Source: Lingula anatina (taxonomy: Eukaryota; Animalia; Brachiopoda). From it: DNA of 64,000 nucleotides. Numbering within the stretch: the stretch's first letter is position 1; each line of letters begins with the position of its first letter. Under the pieces are notes generated by a model, which was not told the DNA's origin, ran no database searches, and saw only the letters and a list, made by a program, of their open reading frames with translations. The DNA is taken from assembly GCA_051362555.1 (NCBI GenBank), contig CM120645.1:1116001-1180000 (forward strand), in the 5' to 3' direction. Positions 24,771-39,115 of this stretch are shown piece by piece. The position numbers and the translations under genes were made by a program.

Positions 24771-27700
24771 GAGCTCTCTCATCCACCGCCTGGTTTACCG
24801 TTTCCATTCATCCTGATATGATCCCACCACCGATGAATAGCAGTCTTACAATGTGAAATCATTTAGGCATGCTTGCCTTAAGCTGACTTCTAGAGGAAAA
24901 AAAATGCCCCATTCATGCTAAGGTCGCTCCTCGTGGTCCACAGCGTCCGAAGTTCGTTGTGCATTGATAAAGTTTAATTGATAGCGCCGGTGGCCCCGGA
25001 TTTGAACGGCGAACCACCACAATTTACAACTGCGGTGGTGTAGGGAGACGTACGCCGGCCACAAGTGTGTGTGTGCATATCGTGAGCTGAGCACAAAAAG
25101 TCTGCGAAACTATTGCCCGGGACACGGTAGCAGACCTGAACTTGTCTACTGCCAAAGGTTAATTGTTGGCTACCAATCGTCCATGGTACATTGGGTTTTT
25201 AAATAAACTGTGGAACATAAACTCAGTAATTTCACTTAGGGCTTGGAAACGGCTACTGTGTTCTAGAGAAGTCAAAACAAATTACCCTCACCGTGTATAA
25301 CGTATGTCTTTATAATCATTTCCCCAGTAGAAATACCACTGTAAGGACATATTATCCCACCGAAATTGGTTTGGCAATCTTAACACGTAAATCTTGAAAC
25401 ATTAAAAACAATTAATTACATAATGTCATGCTGTTTATTATCATACAATGAACACATTGCCTATTAAGCATTTCTAACTAATCGAGCAATTACAAAAACA
25501 CTGTCAGACAAATAAATCAAACTCGCTGGAAACATTAAAATTATGACTTATTTTATGGTATGTGGTGTAAACACAATAGAAAATGAAATAAATGGAAAAT
25601 TACCTATTGTATAACTTATTCTGAGTGCGCCAATTGTTTATTGGGGTATTTAAAATTAAATGAAAACAAATTGGATTTACAGTCCAAATATCCATAATGT
25701 TCGTAAGTGTTTAGCATAAGCTACTCAGGAAAACGATTCCACTTCCAGAAGGAAAAATACACAGGTTTTTCAGTTCGAGTGCGGGTCAAGGCGCGAGCTG
25801 TGTGATTGACGGCCTCTAAGAAGACATCCTACGTGTACCGCGAGTTAAAAGGAAAACATTTTTCCGTGGCTGGTAATAATTTATGACCAGTACTGTCTGC
25901 CATGCTTTTTGATCACTTACTGCAACTGAAGACGCAATGCTAGATGAGGGTGTATCCACGAAAGGGACCTAATTTAACTAAAGAGGACTTTAATTTAAAC
26001 TAAATAAACCCTTAATAATTTGTTATTATCCGTCTAACACTTTCTGTAGTAGGGTGTAATTTATCATCCACTCGTGCAGACATCTTCATCATCATCATCA
26101 TCATCATCGTTATTATTATTATTAGATAATTATTGTGACAGCAATGGTAAAATGAGGCATAACTAGACTAGAATTTACAGACTGTATAGAAACGCACCAA
26201 TGATCTCTAAGCAGCATTAATGCGCTGATCGATACGAGAGACTGTAGATAGTATACGAAATACGCCAAGAATAACACAAACATTCTGGCTCTAATATGAC
26301 ACAGGTAAAAATCATACCAAATGAACTGATAGGCTTACTTGAGTTTAAAATTGTTAATTGATAATTAGCCTATATGAGAAGATACAAGAAAAGTCAAACC
26401 GTCTTCAGTAAATGTACGCACACTTTTTCATCTAACGATTACTTTTATGATTTATATGTCGAAATTATTTTCTTTTGCTTTCATCTGTAAAATATGATAA
26501 CTTCTGTAAGGTTGGCTATGGTGAAATTTTTTTTCATTGTCGCTTGTGGTAAAAGGTAAATCGATTTAAAGAAACTAAACGCTTTTTACCTCCGAGGTGA
26601 GGCATTTCCACAAAAGACTCAAGGGTAGTTTAACATATTTTTGAAATTGTTTTTTAACAGTTTCCTGTGTGTCATCATCATTCTTATCGATCAATCATGA
26701 AAAATGCACCTTGAAAGTTCCTGTGCTTTGAAAAGAGTTTCTTCTTTTATAATGAGAGGGCGTATTAAGATAATTTCCTAGCGTAAAGCAATTCATTTTA
26801 CATAACAGCTCCGCCTATTGCTGTTGCGTGTGCGGTTGATGCAGACCAAGATAACAACCAAACAAATTAAATGCTTCAAAATTCATTTCCGCTGAACACC
26901 TCTCCGCTAAATAAGGCTCGAACTTTGGCGCCCTAACCCCCCGCAGAGGTCGTAGTTCTTTCACGCCTCCGAGGTCAAAAGATTTCCTCCCTTAAAAATG
27001 ACAGGCTTGTCTGCATTGGATCCTGTTTCAAGCCTTGAGAGAAATACATCATTGAGGAGAGTTTACGCCGCGTAGGTCAAAGGGAAGTACTTCGTGCCAT
27101 AAACAATCACGCAGAGCGGGGGAAAGGTTTAAAAGAGAGTTGACTGGGTGCAGTATGCGACTTTTACGAAACAGGGGATTCTTTTTTTCTGCTCAAATTT
27201 GGTAGATTTATCCAACGCAACGCAGAATGCTCCCATTGAATATGGATGCAGTGACAAACTTAATAAATATGGTGTGTGTTTAAGTTAACGAGAGAGAAAG
27301 AGAGAGAGCTTCTTTAAAAATGCAAAAAACGCGTCAATCACTGGATGACGTGCTCTCATATAAACCGATCACTTTAACCCTAATTATCTCCTCACATCAC
27401 CAAAGATGACGCCTGACAGAGAGGCAATAGCTATCCACACTTAAACTAGAATGTCACAAACAAAACCCTCAAAAGAAGTCGACCTGTCTCTCGTGACAAG
27501 ATCGCGTGACTAAAAGACATCAAACTTGGACAAAAAACAAACCAGTAGACCACTGCAGTAGAACTTTTGCCCAAAATTGGACATAATGATCGCCGCAAAT
27601 AACACCTTAAAGACAGGACGATTACAAAAGAGTTATCGACAGTGCGTTCGATGGGAACCAGTCGTGGGGAGATTGGGGCTACTAATAACTGTACACAAAC

Positions 27701-27783
27701 TGGGGCATATGGTTGCCCCCTCTGTTACCTGCGGTGCCGGTAGATATTTTTGTCTTCTGTGTGCGTGTGTGAGACTCTGATAC

Positions 27784-27833
27784 AGAGAGAGAGAGGGAGA
27801 GAGAGAGAGAGAGAAAGAGAGAGAAAGAGAGAG
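27784..27833. repeat. Imperfect (GA)n microsatellite
   Basis: Seen directly. Confidence 0.9.
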
Positions 27834-30800
27834 GAGGGGTAGAGAACGTGTGTGTGAAATATACTGAGCTGCCTACTATACAGTATTTTGTGTTGTAATA
27901 TTACCTCTGCTCTTTTTAACACTTGTTAACATAATCTGTAAGCTTTTTATATACATACTGTAGCGAAACTTAATGTTCAAAGCAATCTAATCAAAATGAT
28001 CTGTAGAACAAACAAGGACTACTACTGTACCCACTGTTAGCTATTAATAAGTTAAATTATGAATAAAGTGAAAAAATGAAGGGATTCGTCACTGTCGCTG
28101 GTCAACGTTGAATGTTGGCAATATGACTTCATGAATCAAATTTTGTAAAACATCTTTAAAAGAATGAAATCAGAATTCAGGTGGCTCATTGGCAAGTAAA
28201 ACCCCTTAGAGAGGTCAATTATAAGAGAGATCACCAAACAGTTTCATGAGATAGGAAACGTACATCTGGGAATTCAAAGAACGTTTAATAACATACCGCA
28301 ATAACTGAAAAGATGCAAGAATTCTGAGCTATTCCTTTTTAAAAATCTTACCCTCCAAAAGTAAGCATGTAAAGCTTCACCATAATAAACACCATAAGCA
28401 TATGCAACCTTACCGTATATCTATCGAGGAACACTCCACAATAGCTGTTACATGTATCAGAGATGGATGTTACCCTAGAAGTTACGCTTGCTTCCAACGT
28501 CAAAATGACGCCAACGGCGATACGCTATCTACGTGCACTCAATCTCACTTTACGGCAGCCAAAAAATGACGGCAACCCAACTCGGCAACTTCGTCCATAC
28601 ATTTATGAGTTCAGCGTGGTTTATGTTTGCCCCGTCATCGGTCACATTCCTCTAACCGCTGCGTTGGTTATGCGATTCGGTAGGTGCAAGTACGGTTGTC
28701 TGTTTTATAAAAATATTTTCATCAAAACACGTGGCTGAATAAAAGCAAACGTTTTCGTCATGTAGACCTTGTTGTCTGCGTGGCTATATCACTGTGAGGA
28801 CGACGCACGGCCTCCTTTATAAAACTACAAAGTGTCTAAGCTTTTTTTTTCATTCGCCTGACGAGGTGTTTTTCGTTTTTTCCTCTTTTTCTCTTTTTTC
28901 TACTTCAGAGCTTGCAATTTTTGCTCCAATTCTTTTCGCGTAAACTGACCAGTTTTCAAAATGCCACAATTATGATAAGGTTAAAATACATATGTGCCAA
29001 AATGTGTATATAAAAATACGCTTGAATAGAACAACAACCTAAATGTTGTTGCTATATCTACTTTTTAGTTGTTTACTACTTTTTATTGACAAATTTTATC
29101 ACAAAAGACAAAAAAACTTTATTATTACTCAAACGTTTCTTGAAACTTATAATTGATTAGATAATATACGAAAACAAAAAGGAATAAAGAATTTAAATTC
29201 AGAAGACCATAATTCGTAAAACGAAACAGGATAACAACAGCTAGCGCTGGTTCAGCATCACCCGGAGACGAACAAAAAGAAAAAAAAATATGTGGATCAC
29301 TTTTTATTTATGCTGTAACAGAAATTCGGACGAGAATTTTTGGGCAATGTGGTCCTTATGGCGAAACAGCCAGGGGTATTTGAAGAATGCAGTCACTTTT
29401 CTCCTATCTCACGACTTTTAGCAGAATACTTAACGCGGACCAGATCAGTGAGAGACGGTAATAACAAAGGCGGTCCAAGAGCCTGTGTTTATTACGGTCA
29501 AAGGAAAGACGCATGTTCGACAACGCGCGCTTCGATATTTGAACGCATCTGTGTGAAATGAACACGAAATTGCAGCTTTTTTGATAATTTTTTTCATATA
29601 AAAAACGAATGTTTTTTAGACATTTATTTAATCGTGAGTTTAGATAAGTATGTACCCTACGGAGAGAAATGTCAACGCTAGTCAACGATTTTGCTCCGCG
29701 CGGTCGTTTCCATCCAAATGTTTTAATGATAAATAAATTGATTAAAAACAACAAGAGCAAAGAATCTGACTGTTTATGACTAAGACGCGGAAGAAAACTG
29801 TATAATTGTTCGTTAGGGAAACACAAATCTCTCACATACAGGTTCGGAATTACCAGCTCTCCAAAGGCGCGAAAAAAACCCAACACAACCTGCGCCTTGT
29901 TGCTTTGATTGTAATAAAAATGTTGACCACATTTTCCTCGGTCTGAAAGTGATCAGTGTTTTCATTCACGTCGTGGGACGTTTGTTTTCTTTTAAAGACC
30001 TTTGCACTTAGAGAGAATAACTGGGCATCAGCGAAAGAACAACTTGATCTATTTAATGCATGGCTTCAACGCTAGTGGAATGAGAAACGCACACCAGTTA
30101 TCACTGAGTCGACATTCACGGGTTTTCGGTTATTGCATTGCCAAGAATCATGCAACTGAAAATAGCGATACGCTTCCTCGTGCTTCGTAACGCAAAACAC
30201 ATTGCCGTCGTTTGTTCGTCGTATTCTTTTAATTTGCTCTGTCAAATATTCGGCAGGTTTCATTGATTAACCTTCTCCGCCAGAATTCCACTCCCATATG
30301 GTCATACGGCAGCCTTCCTTTCATGCGTTTTGATAATCAATATGAGGTCTTTACCGTCATTATAGTTTTAAGAAGTCAGGGCGGAGCTTTTCTCCTCTAC
30401 CTGAGTAGTAAAGTGGTTGTAATGTTATCACGTTGCATAGTTTACGTTGCATTTTTTTCGTTTCAGTTTTCTCCTCTATACGGCATCAATCCTTATTTTC
30501 CAATAACCTGAAGGAACAATAGGAATCGCCTCAATATCAATCCGCATACACGCAGTTTCAATTTTACTCATCAGCGTGGTTGATTTTTTTTCACCCGTTC
30601 CACCTTTCTTCCCAGTGAACTTAAACACAGATAATCTACGGCATAGATTTCCCGACATGGTTAATCCTCGACCCGTGTTCGACCTCAGGCACATTTAATA
30701 CACTAATAAATTTATTAATTTCTGCGCCATACACACCGATGATTAATGACTTTCATTTCAACCAATCAAAGCCTATTAAATAACCGTCCCGCGTGTAATT

Positions 30801-33800
30801 TGTAATTCAGTTTCTGTCTACCGCCCAGGCGTCCGCCCCTACCGTCCCTGACTCAGCATTGTCACCGGCGACAACGATATGTATCAAAATTACATTTTGT
30901 AGCTAAGAACGACTGATGAAGCGGCTAATGAGGCAAGGCGACCGCGGGAGTCGACTCTCGCTTCCGTTAACGCTGAGAAAAAAGCTGGTGTGATTTAGGA
31001 CGCGTTTTACATTAAGAGTATCTAATAAAAATATTTCGTTCAAGTGTTCTTTCTGCTCACTTTTAGTATGCCACATAATGCACTAATTATCACATTTGTC
31101 GCTAAAGATACCTATTCTCCATGCCTATAATGAATATGTGTTTTTGTATCCTATCAAAGCCACAGGTAGAACAAGACGACTCCTGTTTACGCCATACCAT
31201 ATCACATCAAAACTAGCAAATTATTCTTTTTCACTACGTGCAGACTATAAATGTTACTGCACTGCAAGCATTTAATTAAATAAACAGTGTTTTTAAAACA
31301 TTCATCAAGTGTAAGCACTGAGAAGCGTCCTTTAGAAAAACAAAGACTTTATGACACACCTTTAAATTTTTTTGCTTCACGTGCATTGATGAAAACATTT
31401 TTTGAACGTATTTTTTAGAAAGATAGAAGTATTTCCCCAGCAATCTCACGTTAAGTCATATCTCTTGGGATGAGTTGGTACTCGAACAAATATTTGAACT
31501 ATAACAATTACTTCATCTTTGACCCCCCACCCCCCCCACCCCCCGTTTTCCGACTTCACCAACTTCAGTATAATATTTTTTATAACAAGGCCACATTAAA
31601 ATGGAAATTATCATAATAAAAACAAATATCTGTTGCATTAATCCATGAATGTAAAGTGAAATGTTTAGAATTATTTTCAAATCACAAATTACATACATAA
31701 CGCACAGCTTTCGGTTCAAGGGAGCTATAATTCGCTAATTTTTCTTTTTTATATATAAGTACATTCTAATGAGCAGTGGATGTCCACCTGGCTACATTTC
31801 ATGTAAAGGGTTTTTGACATCACCATTAGACATGTAATAATCTATCAAAATTTTTCTTTAATAAAATTAAATTTGACAATAAAAGATCGAATTTCCAAAA
31901 AAATGATAATAATATTATTTATATTATTTTTTTTTTAATTTCAGTCTGTCACACTTTATGTTATACTCATAACATAATTTAATAAGAACCCGACAACAAA
32001 ATGAATTCCATATATTTTGCATGCATAAAGTAAATGCAAATTTGTGAGAAATACGTCCTTGTAATGTTTGAATTTCTCATTAATATTAAAATATAAATTC
32101 AGTATAAAGTTTTGCTATTCCTGTGGAATAGAAGAAGTGAACATTACATCTGAGGATTGTTAATTTTTCCCAAAGAAGTATGAGGAATTTTTTTTCTTTC
32201 TTTTCTTTATATTTCTTAAGAATTTATGAACAAAGTACGCCGCATCATTTTTCTATACCCTCTAACAGGGTCACAGATTGATTTTTCAATAGATATTCAC
32301 AGATATAACTCTGACTAAACCAATACGCAATATCTCTGCCACAAAAAAAGTGCAAATAACTAATCAGCGTCCCTTGTAGTGGGTATTATTTCTATCAGTA
32401 TAACAATAAGAATATGATGGACGTAAAACACGACGGAAACCTGCAGTTTTCTTACAGGTGTGGAACGCCATTTGGGCACGAAATACACTATTGAATGTTT
32501 TTATCTCACCTTCTATATTCTTGCTAATTATATATATTGTATAAATACTTAATGTCAACCTCAAAATGTCATTCACAATACAGTATCTAGACCGTATGTT
32601 CGGTCAAATTTATCCTCGTGCCTTGCTATTATACTTAATCCCAAACTTCGATGTTCCTTCAAAATTGTTTTTCAAAATTGACATATTTTGGTTCTACAAC
32701 ACATATTTATTGCAAATTTCTCTTTACTTTCCGTACAATACACTGCCTCTTTTTTCTCCATAAGGCTTTAATTCCAAGATTCGGCGTGAAATGATATATT
32801 CTATCTTTCAGTAAGATTTCCACACAAGCCATAAATTATACACCACAAGATGGATGGCAGTGTACCTAGAATATTTCTCTATAATATTTGAGGCACTTTG
32901 ATGTACTGTATGTTATTGTACTCGAATATCATTAGAAACCCAGCTTACCACCAATATTCAAACCTCTTTACGCCTACGATACATACCTCGTTACGTTTCT
33001 CATTTTTAAATTAGAAAACACTTTTTATGAGTTATACTTGACCTTAAACTATATCTCTACGTCTACTCAATGCTCTAGTAGATCTATACTAAAATAGCTA
33101 ACCATAATCAATGTTGGCTTTGACTCGCCTTCTCTCTCTCTCTCTCTCTTACTTTGAGTTATGTATCCCATTGTGATAATACTAAAAACAATGTGACTGC
33201 TCGTATGGAGATCTATATAATGTTGGCAACCGTCTAAGTCGCACGTACCTGCAAAAATCACCCCTCTTCTCGGCATAAAACACATTAACAATCTCTCAGA
33301 ATAAAAACCATCTCCCAAACGCTTCCAGGCCAAGTTTTCTCGCGTCGGCTCCCTTTGAAGCTAGGATTAATACATATATAGCTTTGGCTTGGCGTTGTTC
33401 TCAGTGGAACACTTGCTCGTCCATCATGTTGCACTCCAAGTGGAATAAGATCTTAATAAGAACTTTCCCAACATGACTTGGCATGCTCTTCACGGCCCAC
33501 TCTCTGTGGATCGGGGACGAAGCAACGCAAGCTGAGCGTTCATTTAAGGCGGACGGCCAGTTGAGTTAACTCGAGTTACCCTGCGTCTCAGAACATTCAA
33601 GTGACAGAGAGCGATAGCTGGTGTAGAGGAGGAACAATGAAGACCTACTTCATCTCGGGGTGTTGCGCTTTAAGTATCATAAACCATACGCCGCTACAGT
33701 GTAGAGTGTGAGAACCACGCAGTAGAGATGTAAAAGTAAATTGAACATTAATTTAGAAAAAACATCAAGAAAAAAGTATCTGTAAGTGCATTGTGCACGG

Positions 33801-35298
33801 GCTTCCTTCACTTACAGTATATATATAAAAACAAGAACTTTAAAAAACCAGACCACCATGTGAATACTGTGTATATTTAGTCGCCTCTGGTCATTTCATT
33901 TGATACAGCTGTGTATAAACAGTGCATGGGACTTACCTAGTCCTCTGAAATATCAAAATTAGAAGTTTAAATCTTAAAAAAACTAACATTATAAAAATCA
34001 TCATTGCGTCAGCAATTTTAGAAGATGTTTTTAAAGTGAAATGTGTTTTATGCTAGTTTTTACATTCGTGCACAATTGTAAATGTTATTTAGAGAAAAAT
34101 GACGGCGTGTCCTTATTTTTTTTCTTACCTTTTCTAGGCTCTACTTAGTTGTAGGCACGAGAAGGTCAATTCCACGACTTAACAAGCTGTCAGACAGCGT
34201 CCATGTTTCAATATTTTAGAATAAATCTACGACTTCCTATCCAGGCCGCGTAATTTGACTTGCTAATGGTTGACTCACGGAGCGAAAAAAACGCTTATCT
34301 CCAATTTTTGTCGGTTTCACAGCTAGGTTTGCATAGTTTACATGGTTTTGTGCTTCTGGGTCGATAGTCGCACCGCCCAGAACAACTGACAGCAATTTGT
34401 TTACAGCGCTAACTTCCCGAAGAAACTAATTCGCTTGTGATGGTTCCCCCGAGCTTATCGTGAAGTTTCCGTGGAATTAGTTTTACCATCATGACTTGTT
34501 CTTCTTCTGGAAAACAATCCGTGAAATTGAAATTTTACCTGAATTTGTATGCTTAACTTCTTGTGTCCAAATAAAAGATGAATTTGACTGTTGATAATAT
34601 ATTCGATTTGCCTAAAATGTATGTTTTATGTTAATATCCGTTTTATTTAGAATGCAAGAAATTAAGACATTAACATAAACTCATGACTTGATACACTGGC
34701 TATTTGAATAGTGCCTACTCAAGATTATATTACACTAACATAAATGACAAATTGCTTTGGGCTTTACTACGTCTGTCAAAGTCAAAGAGGAAAGTACTCA
34801 TTAGAAAAAAGTTCAACAGAAAATCATTTACAACCCATATCCCTCTTGTGTTGTAAAGGAGCACGTTTGGAATACACCGTAAAATCACCCAATCACTTGT
34901 CATAGGAAAATGGACGGTCGGAGTAATTTTTTGAGAATGTTTACCGCGATATGGCACCTGTTGCCTCTCACACCTTTCTCCAGATCTAAATGTTATCACA
35001 GAGGCGGTGTCCGCTTCCATTGTGGGCAGTAGCCTGCCAAATCTATTTGATTGTGAACGATACCATTCGCCCTGCTAATGAACTTTTTAAAAAATTCTCC
35101 CAAGCCTCTTTTTTTGTGTAGTAAAACAGTATAATTTTAACAATTACTTTTAACCCTTCTTTTTATTTCTGCCGTTTTTGTTTTGTACAATATAATTCTA
35201 TTTCATCTATCTATTTGATCTTTCTGAAACCCCAGAAAATAAAACAATTTCCGCTTTATGTGTATTTTATAATATGTGTACAATGGTTGAATAAACCA

Positions 35299-35350
<52 letters not shown>
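35299..35350. repeat. (TAT)n microsatellite
   Basis: Seen directly. Confidence 0.95.
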
Positions 35351-37062
35351 TCGCTTCATTGAAACTGACACACAGAAAATATGGCACAGCTAATGAAAAA
35401 AAATCCCTAAATTAAAAACACATTAACTTGGACCAACATTAACTTGGCGTAATAATAGCGGCGTCACCAGGTACAGTGAATGTCACCCTCTATCAAAAGT
35501 GGACAACACCAACGGTTGAATGGCCAGATCGGTGTTACACGTAATCCATGAGGTCAGGCCCGAAAGGGATGGTCATTTATAATACGGACGCTGACTGACC
35601 ACCTGCGACCGTTAGGAGAAGCTAGGTAGCAGGTAACGGTCACAGGACACGCGTCAGTGGACGGATGGTCACGCACGTTACTGACCACCGCTGACTGCGG
35701 GGGGGGGGGGGGGGGGTGGGGGGGGGGGGTGGGGGGTCTGATGTCCAGTGTGGTGGTATGATACCACATGTAGGTGCGTTCCTTCCTTCCCCTACCCGCC
35801 CCCTCTCTCTTTCTCTCTCTCTTCTGTTTTTAAAAATCTCGCAGTGTAATCTTTTTACTTGAAGAAAATCTGCATTTAAAAGCTCAAGTCAATTTTACAT
35901 CCTGTTTACTGGGATTTATAGTAAGATTTATAAGGGGAAACATATGACACATATAGTGTTAGATATAAAAACGCAATCTCATTTTAATTGTCTTTTATGA
36001 TTTGTTTCATTTCTTAATATTTAAAAAGGTCGGGATATATAGCTTCTTCGTTTCATTATAATAAAAACAAAAGAAATACCCTTAACTTTCAAACAAAGGG
36101 ACATAATTTGCTTGTCCCAGTAAGCGTCATATAAAATGCACCTTGAGGAGGGTTTTTTATACATACCTATGCAGCGTTCATTAACTTACCAGATGACCCT
36201 TTTCTAGCAAATTCCGCACCAAAAGACGCAGACGACAATTCCTTGGAAGATAAATCTCAGTTCCGGTCTCTAGCGGTGTTCCTAGGGTGAAATGCGTGAA
36301 CCAAGTGTCTCGGATGTGTGAAAACGTGTGTTCGCTGCCACCATATAACTCAGATGCTAACCTTCCCTAACCAAGATAAATCTCTGTTTTACCGACACCA
36401 TTCATAACTTTTTAGACTTAAGAAAAAAAACCTTCTTGGCCACACACAATACAAAATTAAAACAGCCAAATATCTAGCGTTCTTAGAAGCCGTCTAGGGT
36501 TAGACGTCTACTTCCTTAGACACTCTACGGTAACAAATTTCCGTGCTTTTTGTACCCCCTGTCTTCCATTTAAATGACTGTGACACCGAGGATTAAAGCG
36601 TTCTTTCCTACTGGTGGATGCCGGAGCAGTTCGCGTGACAACCTCTCTCCACATGAATAGATAGTAAAATTGTGACAAGATAATGGATGAGGCCAGACCA
36701 GAAGGAGCTGAAGATAAATGAAAAACTTGCCAACACCACTACGGCGAATCTATTATAATCTGGTTGACAAAACATCGTTTACTTTTTCATAAACTTTTTC
36801 ATAAGTTCATAAACAGACAAATTGTGATAATTTATTACATTACTAATTTTGATATTTCATTATGTTTTAATCTAGATTATAAAAGACAGGCGATGAAATT
36901 CCTATGGTGTGTTTTTACGTGCTATCTGTGGATTTAAATGATGGCTCGGGGATAAGTTTCTTGAATGATCTACTCGTTAAGTCTCTCTTTCTCGCTCTTT
37001 TTCTCTTTAATTCCTGTGAACAATAAATCTAACCTTAAAATATAATATCAGATTACTCCCAT

Positions 37063-37065
<3 letters not shown>

Positions 37066-37107
<42 letters not shown>
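37066..37107. repeat. (CT)n microsatellite
   Basis: Seen directly. Confidence 0.95.
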
Positions 37108-37109
<2 letters not shown>

Positions 37110-39019
37110 GTAACAATAAAAAAAAAAACATAAAATAAACTGTGTACCCCTCACTCTCTCTTCCCGAGGTGTAAACAATAATTCACAAAGGTCACATTTA
37201 TCAAACGCAGCAGTTCTATAACCACACTCAAAACTTAAAAGTCATCACAGGGGTGAGAAAAGTCAGCTCACCACTTTTAAAACATTTACTCCACCTTTAT
37301 GCTAATGTGCCATCTGCGTCCCAAAGCCCCCAGGCAGAAATGTAAAAACACAAACGCCGAGTAAAGGATGATCCAACACCGACATTCCGGAGGTCAGCCG
37401 GTGCATTTGGCAACTCTTTAACATCATGTCCTTTTCATCCTTATGTCACTCTACTGAGATACACAAAAACATGTCAATATTCGACGGAGGGCCAAAGTTC
37501 TTGCTTATTTGGAGGGGGAGGGGTTGGGGGTGAAGAAAAATGAAAAAATGCAACGCGTCTCTCATCAAAAATAAAATGATAGACGTCACGGGATCAATTT
37601 TACAACGATTTGTAAGGCGCAGGGATGGGAAATAGTTTGGCTTTGCCTCTTTTTTTATTGTTTAATTGTTTTTGCCATGTTCTTGGATCCTCCACTAGTC
37701 ACTGACGGTGATGCACAGGAACCTGTACCACATGGGAACACTAAGAGGAGGAAGGATGACAATAGGGGTCCCAGAGAAGAGAAAGGGATAAAATTATCCC
37801 TCCATTTAAAGTGAAAATTGATCAAAAATGAGAAATGTCTTGTTCTTCTCATTGTATACATGTATTTGCCAGAATGGATACACGGAATCAATTTACGCCT
37901 TATAAAGGGCCTGTTTTTGGCCCAGTGGTGAATGCAACCGTATTTTTAAAGGAATATTCAAGCATATTCTGTTATTCCTTAGGTGATACTTTAAGGGCTA
38001 AAGATAAAAGCAAAATTACCAAAATAACGCAATGGATACATCAGATAAAACACTCTTACATCCTGCTCCTGTTATGACAAACGTGTTCTAATATCTTTTT
38101 CTGATGATAACTGAACCCGTCTTTATTTTAATATATTTTTTTCTACATTTATGAAAATGCATATCTTATCAACGGTGTCTTAAGTAGCACCAGGGCGCAC
38201 CTCACACACACGCAACTCTCTTTCTTCTTAAAAAATAAAATAAATAGATTTCTAAAAAATACCCCAAAAATTGCAATTCTTTTTAACAAAGTCATCAAAG
38301 CTGTAAACTAATTCGTCTCTAGCTGGGATATCACTGGGGTAGGTCTACATCTGAGACAATTGAAGAGTGATATGTCTCCGTTTAAAGTATATTCATAAAG
38401 AAATGAAAGGACAAAACACAACAGAGATGTCGCCGCAAAGGGGGTCCACCAGTCAAACATGTCATTCCTACGTATTGGATTCCAGATATCAAACTATGGA
38501 ATGTTGTCCTGTTTCGAGAAAACATATGTATCCTGCTGTATTTGTTTAATTTGATCTGGGTTTCTCATGTCGATGTCGTGCGTTTTGTGCAACAAGATCA
38601 TGAAATTCAATCACTCTGTGCTCGTGACTTTTTAAAATCATTTTTTCGATGTTATTTCAAATGTAAATGGGAGGAAATTAACACAACGAACAAAAACCAT
38701 TCTAATGTATAAATCAACAGGAATTAATCTCTAAGACTAATGCTGTAGAGGTACTGGATTCAAATTAAATTCTTATTTAGATGTTTTCATAAAAATGAAC
38801 TTTTAAAAGGCGAATTTTAAAAACCCCTTTATAGAAATCCCTATCACAAGCTTGAGCAGCAGAACTTGTAGTTAAATAACTAAATACCTAGCAAGATACA
38901 CTCAAAGAAATACATGTCATGTTACTTATCAGTTTAAAAACATCGTTAAAACACCCCTCAAATCAGAAAGATGGTACATTTGACCGCAGCTTGATAAATT
39001 GTGTTTGTCTCCGCGGTAG

Positions 39020-39115
39020 CAATGTGTTCCCGCCTCCCTCCCACACACAGCCTCGTTCTCGACCTCCCAGCTTCCGCCCAGTCACGTGATCACACCCAAC
39101 AGAAGCATTTTCAAT
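39020..39115 (+). promoter_or_regulatory. FBXL14 promoter / short 5'UTR
   Basis: Abrupt GC rise after AT-rich DNA; GC-box-like CCCGCCTCC and CTTCCGCCC; E-box GTCACGTGA at 39081-39089, about 30 nt before the ATG. Confidence 0.55.

Noticed and set aside
39086-39115. GTG-initiated N-terminal extension of FBXL14
   Set aside because: Homology starts at ATG 39116 (MET...HIS); the GTG is part of the promoter E-box.
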